Positions 34,770-47,674 of a stretch of DNA of 64,000 nucleotides are shown piece by piece. Source of the DNA: Macrostomum hystrix (lineage: Eukaryota; Animalia; Platyhelminthes); the NCBI GenBank assembly GCA_950097015.1, contig CATNEN010000001.1, positions 11,098,001 to 11,162,000 of the forward strand, given 5' to 3'. The position numbers and the translations under genes were made by a program. The notes under the pieces are model-generated. The model did no database searches. It was given only the letters and a program-made list of their open reading frames with translations, and was not told the origin of the DNA. Positions within the stretch are counted from its first letter, which is position 1; every line of letters begins with the position of its first letter.

Positions 34770-37700
34770 TTAAACATACATTGAGTGGCGCTTCTCAGTT
34801 CTAATTGTGTCCAGCATAGGACACGAAATGACGGGCAATTGCTGCTGGCCGGATGTCTTTCTGACTTGCAGAGGCCGAGCAGGCGGTGACCCAGGTGGCT
34901 GCGGAGCCTGGGGCTTCAGTTTCCTCCTGGTGGCAATGTTGGACTCGCTGTAAAGCCTCTGTCTGGTAGGTCTGGCTGTATTCTCGACCTCATTTCGGGG
35001 GGAAGGCGTTGAATCAATGACGACAGTTTCTAGGGAGGGCTTGGGTGCTGTCAGGGTCAGGGTGGGTACTTGGATGGGGCCAGCGGACGGTACGGCAGTC
35101 GACAGACTTGACAGGATTCGCTGACTGCTACTTGTTGGCATCGCTTCTGAAATTTCAATTTAATTGGAATCTGAAAATTATCGACGATTGAACTCGTGCC
35201 TTAACCTTCGAGCTAGTTAATATTTAGTAACTGAATGATAAACTGGTACTTGGACTACCGCTCGATTAAAAAATAAATCTCTCAAGTCACTAATATGCTA
35301 TAAAGGGGGTCGGTGGCAAAGCGGTTAACGCGTGTGCCTCTCGCGCCAAGGTCCCGGAGCTCGATTCCGCGGTGAGGCCACATTCATTTGGGGCGCAGCC
35401 GCGGAGAGAAGGCTTGGGGGCTTGTCGTGCAATTTACGCCCTCGAGGGCCAACCTCCAAGGCGTAGTGAAGATGTACACTGCCCGACGTTGAGAAAGTCA
35501 GGGCAGATGTACACACCTGTGTGAGCGTGTGCCTTCGTACGGTATTTGTGTGCGTGTGTGCTCAGGAGTCAGCGAAATGGGCAGAATTGCCTTCCCGCTG
35601 GCTGCGGGTCTAGTGTCAACAGTTGACTGCTATTGCCTGCAGCCCTCCTGCAATTATTATTATTGGTATTAATATCAATAACAACAGGAACAAGCGAGAC
35701 ACAAGTAACAATATTTTAGTTTGAAACTGCAGTTAGTAGTAGCATATTAGTAGTTTAAAAATCGGACTTTCTCCATGCAACAAAACTGTAAAAGAGTTTG
35801 TTGAAAGTTAGACTACCTTGAGTAGGTTTCAGTAAACTCAAATAGATACTAGAGGCTGCTTAGAAACGCTATACACAACATCGAAATAAATGGTAAAATG
35901 CAAGCATCGGCTTCTTTAGTACGAGTACTTAAGCGTTCTTTTATCGTGCTGTAACAGGCAATTCAAGGTTATGCTATCATTCTGTGTGCCTTTTTTCAAA
36001 TTTACCTCCTCTTCGCGTCGCCGACATCAGGTCTATTTGCTGCCAGAAAAAACAAGCAAGTCAGAATTTTTGTTAGCGTTAAGAAAATCATGTGAAATCG
36101 GACTTAATGCGAGCTCAGAGTGCAACAAAATGGCAATCCAAGGTCAGTGCAAGAGGAACAACAAGCCACTTATCCTGATTAAAAGTGCCCCAAAGAAGGT
36201 GGGCGGCAATCATGTTTTTCCATCAAAAGGGGCGGCAAAATTAGAAAATTTGGCGCAGGTAAGACTGGCTTGAGAAGCAGCAGCGATTAAGCCATCTGTT
36301 TTGCTAGAGTCTAGGTCCCAAATCGAACTAGGGAGGAGGCGTGGATCAGCTGTTAGGAACAATTTCTGTTTCAACCTTCAGCTGAAATTACGAGATGAGT
36401 AAGAGTCTGGAGAATTGCTCGCCTCAAAGAAAAAATGAAATTGCTTTCTAGAAAACAACTGCCGATTGTTGAAGCTAATCTCGAGAACTACCGCACTTCC
36501 TCGATTCAAATCGAAAGTCAAGCTCAAGCAGCCCCACTAACTAGTTCGCTGGTTCGCACTCACTTTTCCTTGACGGCGAGACGCCGCGAGCTCCGGGCAC
36601 CGCGTGCGCCTGCGAGCCAACACCGAGTCTGGACTGCGGCTGCTTGCCTCCGAAGGCGCTTCCTGACGCGCCACCGCCGTCGTCCTCTGTGGTGTCGTCG
36701 ATGTCTTCAAAGTCGACGCCAGGATCAAAGGCGGCTGGCAGTGCGGCGACCCGGTGGCGCTGTCCGGCTGCGGGCGATGGCACCGTAGCCGTTACCGTAG
36801 CCGTCGCGCTAGCTGTCGACGCCACTGGAGGAGCCGGTGTCGGTGCAGCCACCGTCGGCACCATCGTCAGCATTGTGGTAGTTGTCGAGCCGACGGCTGC
36901 GGCCGTTGTTGTCGAAGAGATTTCAACCCCAGCCGAGGCGAGGCCGGACTCAGCCGAGCTGACGGACTCCTCGTTGCCCTGGCTCCGGCTCGGGCTCGGG
37001 CTGGGCAGGAACTCTTGGGTGGCGTAGTCGCTGGCCGGCCCGAAGATGTCAGTGGCCCGGTCGATGAGCGCCTGCGCCACCAGCTTCTGGTGCGAGTAGT
37101 CCAGGACCTCGCTGAGGCTGGCCGTATTGGCTTGGCTCTCCTGGCGCGGTCTCAGAACGGTGGGCGCGAACACCAGGCTGAGATTCTGCGAGTTCATCTG
37201 GTTCTCGGATTCGTGGGCCGCCACTCGATTCAGGTGGTGGAACAGCGCCCCAGCTAGCAGGCGGTTGAGCTTCGGCAGCTGTCCCACCAGCGAGGCCAAG
37301 CGGCCTGGGTCAGCGCCATCCTTACCGGCCTCAATGAATGCTGTGTACAGGTCGGCTGTTAGCAGTGCATCCGGCAGCTGCAACAGGTGATACTTAAGCA
37401 GGCCGCACACTGTGTGAGCAGACTCTTCGTAGAGGTCCACCTCGTGACTGTCCGGGTCGGCTTCCAGCAGCTGAGACAAGTCAATGACGCGACGCTTGGA
37501 GGCCTGAGGTAAAGAGAGTGAGATCTGTGTATGGCTTGTCTATTTTATTGTGTATTGAAAAAAAGTGAGCTTCGGCTATGGGTTAGTGAGTGGCAGAGCG
37601 GTCTAGCGCGTTTGCGTCTCGCAGCTACGTCCATGAGCTCGATTCCACGGCGAGGCCACATTCATTTTTGGGGCGCAGCCGCGGAGAGAAGGCTGGGGGG

Positions 37701-40700
37701 CTTGTCGTGCAATTTATGCATATGAGGGCAATTGGTCAAATGTAGGTGGTTAAATGACCAGGTGTTCCATTTTCGCACCTGAATTCGATAGATGCCGTTG
37801 GTACCCAGGCATGTCTCGTCGATGACCTGGATGCAGCGACAGATGATGCCCACGTGCTGGCCCATGTCCATGCGGGGACTGTGGCCTCCGCTGCTGCCTG
37901 GCTGCTCCAGCTGCAGATGACCGGAGCTCGCGGGCTTCTTGAACTTGATGGACAGCGTCGGCTTCTGGAAGAACGACGACGCTGTGTCCTTGGTGCTGGT
38001 CCAGATTCGACCAGCCAGGCCTGACGACTTGGACGTTGCCACAGCGTAGGACGACGATGCGATGCCTTCGCCGGACTCTTCGTCCTCTTCGATCTCGGGA
38101 TCGTCGAAATCGTCGCCGCCGCGCCCGCCGATGCCACCGTCGCCAGAGCTGCCGCCGCGGCTCTCCTTCCGGGTGACGGCCAGCCGGGAGGCCGTGTTGA
38201 ACTCCTCGAAAGAGAAACTGCATTAGATTTTTGTGGACGAGGTTATCTGTTATTGTCAGAACGACAAAACTATGCGAACTCAGGGTTATTGGCGCGGTGC
38301 TGCACACCAAGGTCCTGAGCTCGAGTCCGCGGCGAGGCCACATGTATTTTGGAGAGAAAGCTAAGGGGGCTTGTCGTGCAATTTACGCCTTTGACGGCCA
38401 ACCTCCAAGGCACTGTGAGAGTGTACACTGCCTGACAATGAGAAAGTCAGGACAGATGTACACACCCTGTCTGTGTGCCTGCGTACAGTGCCTGTGTGAG
38501 TGTGTGCTCAGGAGTCAGCGGAATGGGCAGAATTGCTTCCTCGCTGGCTGCGGGTCTAGTGCTACCAAATGATGTGCCATTGCCCGCAGCCCTCATGCAA
38601 TTCTCCATCGCTCCGTTCAAATTCGCCCTCTCCTTGGTAGTTCTACTCAAAGTGGAGAAGTTCAAGGTTCTGCAGACACCACAGGCTAGAGATTCAGCGA
38701 CCTACCGAGGCGGCGGATCGTCCGCGTCCAGGCTGATACAGGTGCGGGCGAACTCGCGGTACTTGCTGCCTGGGCGGTAGTTCTGGTGGCTGTTCTTGCT
38801 CAGGCTGCGGAGCTCCTGGTTGTTGCTCTCCTTGGTGCGGGTGTAGCACTCGAAGAAGCCGCAGGTGGCCGTGATGAAGCACTGATCGCCGCGCTCGATT
38901 AGTTCGCGAACGCCGCGCAGAATCTCGAGTTTCTTGCGCTCCCGCTGCTCGGTGATGGCATTCAACTCGTCGACGCTTTTCAGATAGGCGCGCCTGGCAG
39001 ACTCTCGCTTGGCCACGCAGTCCTCTTCGAGCTTCTTCTTGCGGGACAGCTTCGCTTCGTGCTTCGGATCGCCGCGCAGCTGCGTGGTGCCGCCGCCCGA
39101 GGCCTGGCTAGACGGAGTCGAGACCAGCACCAGACTAGTGGTCTTCGTGTTGATGCTGACGTAGTCAGAATGGGCGCGCTCCACCTGACGAATCAGAATT
39201 TAGCAAATCAGAGTTGAGAACAGTAGGAATTAGCACTGGATACAGCGTAATCAAATTTAAATCGACTCAAATGTTCTGTGTAATTTGAGCGATTATCAGT
39301 AGAACTACCAAGGGTTCCACCATAAAATGTTTTGCTGCACCGTCAGCAGGTGCCTCCAGCTGGCTATGGAGTCTTTGAAGCGAATTTCTCAACTTCGCTG
39401 ATCAAGCTTCAGGCTTCACTCAACTGCTACTTGTTCAGGGTCCAGCAGCTCCGTCTTTGTGACCACCGAAGTCGGAGATGATGCAGGCATACTTGGATGA
39501 CATGCTGATAGGGTTTGAAGGCCTGGCAAAGCCGCACTGACCCGAAGTACAAATTCGTGTACAGATGTGATGTGTATGAATCCGATAGGGCTGGCGACTT
39601 GATTCTTGTTTAAGAAGATGCGCAACAAAAATTTGGCCCGTGTTCTTGAGTTTCGTGTGCTTTCGTTGCTCCGTTCGGGTGCAGCACAAATAATTGTCGG
39701 GGGCTGGTATAAAACGGTCGTAAAAACGTCCTGTACGGCTAAGCGGAATGAATTGACCGTTTTCGTATTCATACGGAGCAGATACACGCAGCGGTTGAGA
39801 TGAGGGAATTTAGATTGCGACTCACCTCAGTGCAGCGCTGATAGTAGCTCTGACGGCATTGGTCCATAGCGTTGTACGCCTTGCGCCACTGCCTGACGGT
39901 GCTGCCCCACTCCGTCTTGAAACGCTTCCTGGCGTTCTCGTGCTCCTTGATGCGGGACCGCAGAGCTTCGTAGACAATCTGTGGAATGCTGGTGCGGAAG
40001 ATCTGCTCGGAGGCCTGGCAGTCCTGCTGGATGATATTGGCTCCTGTCATGTAGTAGGACTGAAGCGGGAGGCTGCTGGAGCTCTCCGATTTCAGCACCT
40101 GCATCAGGTTGTTCATGTTCTCGCCCATGCGCTGGTGATACTCAACCGAGTATTTGCACATGGTCTCAACCGAGATGCACACCTCGCGAACGTAGTCTGC
40201 CCATTGTTTGGCGCGCCTGTGGGTTTGAAAAAATTGGTCGATTTGTTTTACTAAATCAAGGACCGGTAGCTCCTTATCAAATGGCAGATTTAAGACTCGT
40301 TTGCGTGACTCGTGCCCCAAGGTCCCTGAACTCGATTCCGCGGTGAGGCCACATTTATTCGGGGTGCAGCCGCGTAGAGAAGGCTTTTTGAGGGCCAACC
40401 TCCAAAGCACAGTGAGAGTGTACACTGCCGACGATGAGAAGTCAGGGCAGATGTACACGCCTGTGCGAGTGTGTGCCTGCGTACAGTATCCGCGTGCGTG
40501 TGTGCTCAGGAGTCAGCGAAATTGGCAGAGTTGCCTGCAGAACTGGCTACTGAACTAGCTGCTAGCTACTGTCACCCATCTGTTTAAAAATGCAAAAATT
40601 CAAAAGAAGGCATAAAATATTCCTCGAGGGTAGAGACCCAGCTACTGCCGGCCTGGGAAATATCCAGCGCGGATTTCTGCAATAGAAGGCTGCTGGGATT

Positions 40701-43548
40701 TGAAAGAAGCCTCGTCGCCGTGATCTAGGGATCTCGACGTGAGCTGGAAACCCATCCAAATCAAGGATTTTCCTTGATCTCTCTTTCCAATTGCTCTTAT
40801 TTTTTATCCCTCCTCTGCTATGAATTTGAGTCGCTGTAATCTCAGTGGCGCTGTCTTGCGCATTAGAAAATGAGCAGGGCGGGATCACGAAACAATCCCA
40901 TCAGCCGAGTCTGAATTATCCTCTCCCGTTATCATTCTCCGCTCATCTTATCTTTCTAACGAATGCCACCAAAACCGCATAGACACTGCCTACACTTCTC
41001 GGCATCGCATTTCTATTAATTCATTTTTTCACTCCTGAATCTGAGGTGCGAGCTTAAATTGAACTTGAGTATAGGGATCTGTTGCTGTATCTGAGTATAG
41101 GGATCTGATGCTGTATTTGAGTATAGGGATCTGTTGCTGTATTTGAGTATGGGGATCTGTTGCTGTATTTGAGTATAGGGATCTGTTGCTGTATTTGAGT
41201 ATAGAGATCTGTTGCTGTATTTGAGTATAGAGATCTGTTGCTGTATCTGAGTATAGGGATCTGATGCTGTATTTGAGTATAGGGATCTGTTGCTGTTTTT
41301 GAGTATAGGGATCTGTTGCTGTTTTTGAGTATAGGGATCTGTTGCTGTTATTGAGTATAGGGATCTGTTGCTGTTTTTGAGTATGGAGATCTGTGCTTTC
41401 ATTGAGTAGGGATGTCTGTTCTAAAACCTATTTTAACGCAATCGCTGAGTAGCTGTGAGTAGTTATTGATGTTGAAGTTGCGTGCCTGAGTTGAAAGAGC
41501 TCATATTTCTAGAAAAATAATGCGTTCACGACACGGAGAAAGATTTAGGACTAACGATTCAACAAACATTTGTCCTTTAAGCCTTGCAGTGAAAGTCTTA
41601 AAGAAGATTATCTTGAACCGGGTTTCTAGGTTAGAGGACGAATTAAGCTCTGTTCAGCTACTAGGCCTGCTGAGTGGGGTATAAAACATACGGGGGGTGA
41701 CGAAACAATAGAAGCAGGGAAGAAATATATATAGAGCCAAGGGAAGGATGGGATAATCTGGAGAAATATTGAAATTAAGGGAATGGAATGATTGAAAAGG
41801 AAAAATTGAGGATTGTCGAGAGAAGGAGTATTGGGAGAATGGGAGAACGGGAGAGTGGGAAGTAGGAGAATGGGAGAATGGGACAGTGGGAGAATGGGAG
41901 AATCAGAGAATGGGAGAATGAGAGAGTGGGAGAATGAGAGAATGGGAGAATTAGAGAATCAGAGAATGGGAGAATTAGAGAATGGGAGAATTAGAGAATG
42001 GGAGAATCAGAGAATGGGAGAATCAGAGAATGGGAGAATCAGAGAATGGGAGAATCAGAGAATGGGAGAATCAGAGAATGGGAGAATCAGAGAATGGGAG
42101 AATCAGAGAATGGGAGAATCAGAGAATGGGAGAATCAGAGAATGGGAGAATCAGAGAATGGGAGAATCAGAGAATGGGAGAATCAGAGAATGGGAGAATC
42201 AGAGAATGGGAGAATCAGAGAATGGGAGAATCAGAGAATGGGAGAATCAGAGAATGGGAGAATCAGAGAATGGGAGAATTAGAGAATGGGAGAATCAGAG
42301 AATGGGAGAATCAGAGAATGGGGGAATTAGCGAATGGGAGAATTAGAGAATGGGAGAATCAGAGAATGGGAGAATCAGAGAATGGGAGAATCAGAGAATG
42401 GGAGAATCAGAGAATGGGAGAATCAGAGAATGGGAGAATCAGAGAATGGGAGAATCAGAGAATGGGAGAATCAGAGAATGGGAGAATCAGAGAATGGGAG
42501 AATCAGAGAATGGGAGAATCAGAGAATGGGAGAATCAGAGAATGGGAGAATCAGAGAATGGGAGAATGGATAGAAATTGCGGGCTGAAAAGAGCGGAAGT
42601 TATGTTGAAGATTGGTTGAGCCGGTTGAGTCGCAAAAATCTCATAAAAAGTAGACGAAATGTAACAAAAAATAGGGCAGCTGGCGAGGTCCCAAACTAAC
42701 TGCTTGAAGGCAGGTCGGAGAAGTGAGCAGGCAATAGACACCCGTGACTTGGGAAGCCAATAATGCATCGATGTTGACACACTGTGGCAGGCTGGCAACC
42801 CTACAGGGAAATATTCCCCCCCCTATCACACCCGCAGCCTCCCCTTTTATCCAGCTTGCCCCCACTTGGGAAGCAGTGATATACTCGTAATAAAGATATA
42901 GAAGGTGGAAGATGCGGCTCCGTACTATTGGGATGTGCGATCCGACCAGACTGATGCTGGCCCGAGGCCGCATGCATGTATATAAATAGGAGCATTTCGG
43001 TGAACTTCCTGCTGTAGCAAGAGAAATGAATCCCTTCCCACATGCAGTTTGCTTTGCTCTCAGCTGCTCAGGGGCCAATCTGCTTCTCAATCATCGGAAA
43101 TCTGCGCTTTGCTGTTTCACCTTTTTCCCAGCTAGCGAGACTGGTCCCACTGCATGGTAGATTTTTTCAGCTAATTTTAGAATGCAAAATGAATACTTGA
43201 TTGTGCTGTTGCTGACCGAGCGGTACGGAAATGAAATCTGAATTGGGAACTGAGAAACTCTACTCAATTTGTTGAGCGGATCACACTTGCTTCTTGAATC
43301 TCTGACAGACAGACAGACAGACAGAAAGACAGACAGACGGACAGACAGACAGACAGACGGACAGAGACGGACAGGCAGACAGACAGGCAGACAGACAGAC
43401 AGAGACGGACAGGCAGACAGACAGGCAGACAGACAGACAGAAAGACAGACAGACGGACAGACAGACGGACAGAGACGGACAGGCAGACAGACAGGCAGAC
43501 AGACAGACAGAGACGGACAGGCAGACAGACAGGCAGACAGACAGACAG

Positions 43549-43640
<92 letters not shown>

Positions 43641-43670
43641 CGACAGACAGACAGACAGACAGACAGACAG

Positions 43671-43750
<80 letters not shown>

Positions 43751-43752
43751 GG

Positions 43753-43810
<58 letters not shown>

Positions 43811-43819
43811 GGACAGACC

Positions 43820-43859
<40 letters not shown>

Positions 43860-45452
43860 GGCAGTTGCACTCACTTGAAAGCGTTCTCCACGCAGGACTC
43901 CTTCAAAGCGAACTGCTGGTCGATGTCGTCCGGAGCCTCTTCATCGGGCCGAACGATCCTGGATCCACTATGTGGTGACGACGAGCAGCCCTCGAGCTGC
44001 TGTTGGGATGTCAACGGCTGCGGCGACTGCTGCTGCTGGCCGCCGGATCCAGAAGAGGTCGGCAGGGACTGTAAAAATGATTGCAAGAATTTCGTTGAGT
44101 CCCAGGTGTGATACCTGCGCTGAGCAGCCGGCTGCTGGTGCCCGCCGGCTCGAGAGGACGATGAAAGGCCCCGCCTCCCGCCGCTCATGCTTGTCGCATT
44201 ATCAGTCCTGATTTGTTCTACAGGCCTTTTAAAGACAATTTTCTCCTCGTTCTAAGAAAAGTTAAGCTTGCTAAACTGTCACACTTCCTAGAATTTTCAC
44301 GAAAAAATATCAGCGGCATCTACTCAAGCAGACCCGAGGTACATTGAGCAAGGGGCTACTCAGGTCGGTTTTCATTCGTCATGATATCATTGGCCCGAAG
44401 CCAATTAAATAATTGTTGAGGACAAAGATTTGTTAGAGGACACGGGCAACTACTGCGAGTAAGAAATGTGACACTCTTTGTCAGAAATTTGTTGCCATGC
44501 AAAGTTTCATTTACACATAGCACATAGAATAACTATTTCGTTCATTATTTTGAACCAATACAGATTCGCCCAAGAGCTATAGAGCAACGTTTGCTGTCCT
44601 TGTCACCAGGGTCTTCGACAAGAGTCGCTGATTATCTTGACGATGCCGACGTTGGACGGCTTTGAAAGTTGGTTCATTGTAAAGGGTGGAAAATTTTGAT
44701 CCATATTGTGGGATTTCACAAAAATCGGTCATTCGGTTTGGGAGCTATCGAGAAGTTGGCAGCGGGTGTTTTCCCAAGGGGAAAACAGGGCGTTCTTTCC
44801 GCTGTTAACACACTCACAAACAGGTGTGTACATCTGGCCTGACTTCGTTATCGTCAGGCCGTGTACACTCTCACTGTGCATTGGAGCTCCGAAAAAAGGT
44901 GGCCTCGCCACGGAATCGAGCTCGGGGACCTTGACAAAGCCATCCTCTAGTCCACTGATCGAAGTGATAAAAAACTACTGAGTAAAGGTCACTGACCATT
45001 TCTGAACTGCCGTCCGTTGATGATGGAGCCGATGAGTTGACTGATTTGACAGCTGTTGCTGCTGCTGCTGCTGCCACTGAAGCCGCAGCTAGACCAGAAG
45101 TTGTGCCTGGCAGAGCACTGCTGTGCCTCTTGGTGAAGCGCAGGTAACGCCGGTTTTCTTGAGTAGGCTTATCTGAGCTAGTCCCAGCTTGTATCGCAGC
45201 AGCCGATGCCGCACTTGTTGAAGAGGCTGCCTGAGTGGATGGATTCCAAGAGTTCCTCGGCCTCAGCAGTCGCTGATGTCCACTGTAGGGTGGCTGAGTC
45301 TCTTGAAGCTGCTGCTGCTGCTGAGCAATCAGAGACGCGTAGGGTCGGTCAGAATCCGCATTGCAGTTCTCGTCGTCAAGGGCAGAATGCACCGACTCTA
45401 GGCTGTTGGAGTGGAATTGATCTATGCAATGCTGTGCTGGCAGAACACTGGC

Positions 45453-45497
<45 letters not shown>

Positions 45498-45556
45498 GAC
45501 TGTCTGTCTGTCTGTCTGTCTGTCTATCTGTCTGTCTGTCTGTCTGTCTGTCTACC

Positions 45557-45615
<59 letters not shown>

Positions 45616-46560
45616 TTTTCTATTAATAATTTAATTTAATAATTTTTTCTGTCTGGAGATTTTATATTAATAGTCAACCGATTAACTTTTATTAAAATAT
45701 CTGAAGATTTGTTATAGAAACTGACACAATCAAGGGATGTTACAAGAAAATAAATTTGTCGCGATCGCTTCATAAATAATTTGCGCATAGTTTAAAAGTA
45801 AGCTGACGGGATTATTATTTAGCAATTTTTTACCCCTCCTTTATGTGACGCTCCAAATTGTCAGTCACAAGCAAGTATTGCACACGCAGGTCATTGTTGG
45901 ACAAGCTGGCAGTCCTGTCTAAGGATAATTTTTGTCAGTCAGTCAGTCAGTTAGTCAGTCAGTCAGTCAGTCAGTCAGTGAGTCAGTCAGTCAGTCAGTT
46001 AGTCAGTCAGTCAGTCAGTCAGTCAGTCAGTGAGTCAGTCAGTCAGTCAGTCAGTCAGTCAGTCAGTCAGTCAGTCAGTCAGTCAGTCAGTCAGTCAGTC
46101 AGTCAGTCAGTCAGGTCAGTCAGTCAGTCAGTCAGTCAGTCAGTCAGTCAGTCAGTCAGTCAGTCAGTCAGTCAGTCAGTCAGTCAGTCAGTGAGTCAGT
46201 CAGTCAGTCAGTCAGTCAGTCAGTCAGTCAGTCAGTCAGTCAGTCAGTCAGTCAGTCAGTCAGTCAGTCAGTCAGTCAGTCAGTCAGTCAGTCAGTGAGT
46301 CAGTCAGTCAGTCAGTCAGTCAGTCAGTCAGTCAGTCAGTCAGTCAGTCAGTCAGTCATTCAGTCAGTCAGTCAGGTCAGTCAGTCAGTCAGTCAGTCAG
46401 TCAGTCAGTCAGTCAGTCAGTCAGTCAGTGCCTCACCAGTATGTGTTGCAGTCTGCAGTCGTGACAACCGTCTGCTGTAGTCAATGACAGTCGGGCTGGC
46501 CAGTAATGGACAGATTTGCACAGCCGAGTTCAGGTTAGTAAGCACGGCTGTGACGTGCTG
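34770..46560 (-). CDS. F-BAR plus RhoGAP protein of the ARHGAP29/ARHGAP45/GMIP type, 5' end unresolved
   Basis: Exons at approximately 46560-46437, 45397-44997, about 44207-43875, 40216-39826, 39184-38706, 38217-37779, 37503-36564 and 35146-34770. F-BAR start DIDQQFALKESCVENAFK|RAKQWADY and SYYQRCTE. RhoGAP motifs GIYRIQ|ASK, TVCGLLKYHLLQLPDALL and NQMNSQNLSLVFAPTVLRP. The 44997/44207 junction does not match in phase, so that part of the model is uncertain. Confidence 0.85.
35305..35663 (+). mobile_element. SINE family B, full length
   Basis: Colinear with the 29200 copy, with an (ATT)n tail. Confidence 0.9.
37580..37720 (+). mobile_element. SINE family B, 3'-truncated
   Basis: GTGGCAGAGCGG...CTCGATTCCACGGCGAGGCCACATTCATTT...GGCTTGTCGTGCAATT. 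Confidence 0.85.
38283..38601 (+). mobile_element. SINE family B
   Basis: Body and 3' stem GGCTGCGGG...CCCGCAGCC match the family. Confidence 0.88.
40297..40530 (+). mobile_element. SINE family B, partial
   Basis: CCAAGGTCCCTGAACTCGATTCCGCGGTGAGGCCACATT...GAGAAGTCAGGGCAGATGTACAC. Confidence 0.85.
41065..41410. repeat. 26-bp minisatellite (TGAGTATAGGGATCTGTTGCTGTATT)n
   Basis: Tandem units. Confidence 0.93.
41832..42570. repeat. 16-bp minisatellite (GAGAATGGGAGAATCA)n
   Basis: Tandem units built from two related 8-mers. Confidence 0.95.
43303..43860. repeat. (CAGA)n microsatellite
   Basis: Direct reading. Confidence 0.97.
44548..44785 (+). mobile_element. Second, partial copy of the 32.2 kb MITE arm
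   Basis: Shares TCCTTGTCACCAGG, TATCTTGACGATGC, GGACGGCTTTGAAAGTT, AAAATC.GTCATTCG.TTTGGGAGC.ATCGAGAAGT and TTTTCCCAAGGGG with 32207-32463. Confidence 0.8.
44807..44935 (-). mobile_element. SINE family B fragment
   Basis: CAGGTGTGTACATCTGGCCTGACTT...GTGGCCTCGCCACGGAATCGAGCTCGGGGACCTTG. Confidence 0.8.
45452..45615. repeat. (TCTG)n microsatellite
   Basis: Direct reading. Confidence 0.97.
45934..46429. repeat. (TCAG)n microsatellite
   Basis: Direct reading. It abuts the exon donor at 46436. Confidence 0.97.
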
Positions 46561-47189
46561 CTGATGAAGGAACTCAAAGTTCAGAGGATTAACTGAAAAT
46601 AGAGTCAAGGGAGAATAGTTCTCACAAAGGATTTGAGTTTCAGTTAGAACTTAACCCGTGGCAAACAATGAGTAATAATGCAACTCACCAAACCACAATA
46701 TTCAATTATTTAGTTTTTTGTCACGAAAATGTTCTTTAAAAGTGAGTAGATAAATCTAAGAAATGAAATAACAATAGCAGGATTTCAGGGGCAGACAGTG
46801 GATAGTTATGTGGGCCGACTGAATAAGGGGGATCTGGGTAGGGGGGGGGGAGAAAGTGTTTTTTTTCTTCAGTCGATGAACAGGCGATGGCAGTAGCTGC
46901 GGCCGCCCACCCCACCTCCACTGGCCCGCACCAGTCCTGATTCGGTTTGACTTTGCAGGGGTGCAGCAGGGGTCGCTGAGGGGTGGGTGGGGAGAAATGG
47001 GCGAGGATTCGCGCGGAGAGAGCTAGCGGGGAAGAGAGGTTGTGGGGTAGAGGGGAAGAGACCGGAAGAGAGCGTTTTAAAAGGCCTATTCCCAGCCCGT
47101 ACACAGAGGGTAGAGGATTTGGAGGTAGAGTAGGGCGAATGAAAGGGGCAGATTCTGTTGCCTCAGAATGCAAAATAGAAAATCACTTG

Positions 47190-47205
47190 TGAGTGTGTGT
47201 GTGTG

Positions 47206-47245
<40 letters not shown>

Positions 47246-47251
47246 TGTGTG
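47190..47251. repeat. (GT)n microsatellite
   Basis: Direct reading. Confidence 0.95.
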
Positions 47252-47674
47252 CTCCAGTGTACTTTTCAGTGTACAGGCAGACAGACAGACGAAGACAGAA
47301 AAAGGGGTCAGTGTTTCTCATGAAGCAGCCAAGAAATATTCAGGGACTCGCAGTCTTTGAAGGATAAGAAGGGATTGCGCAGGAGGTTAGGGATAGCCTA
47401 GCAGATACCCGCAGCCACCCCAACAGGCAGCATCTGCAGTACAAACAACAAGAGGTCGATAGATTTCTTTTGTTAATTCGAGAGCAAACAGCAGCCATGC
47501 ACCCACCCCACCCACCTTTTCATCATCTCTAGCCGTTATTGAAATTTTTAACAAACGTTCGAAATTGCTGGTTTTGGTAATTAAAACTAAAAATGCAGCT
47601 GTCCTAGTTGTAGGACAACGGGGTTATGGCGAGGTTCAACCTACACGAAACTAAAAACTAAACACTTGGGCTTA

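Noticed and set aside
42641-43090. Extra RhoGAP exon (NIDALLASQVTG)
   Set aside because: The direct 43875-to-40216 junction is already in phase and gives a family-like F-BAR start.
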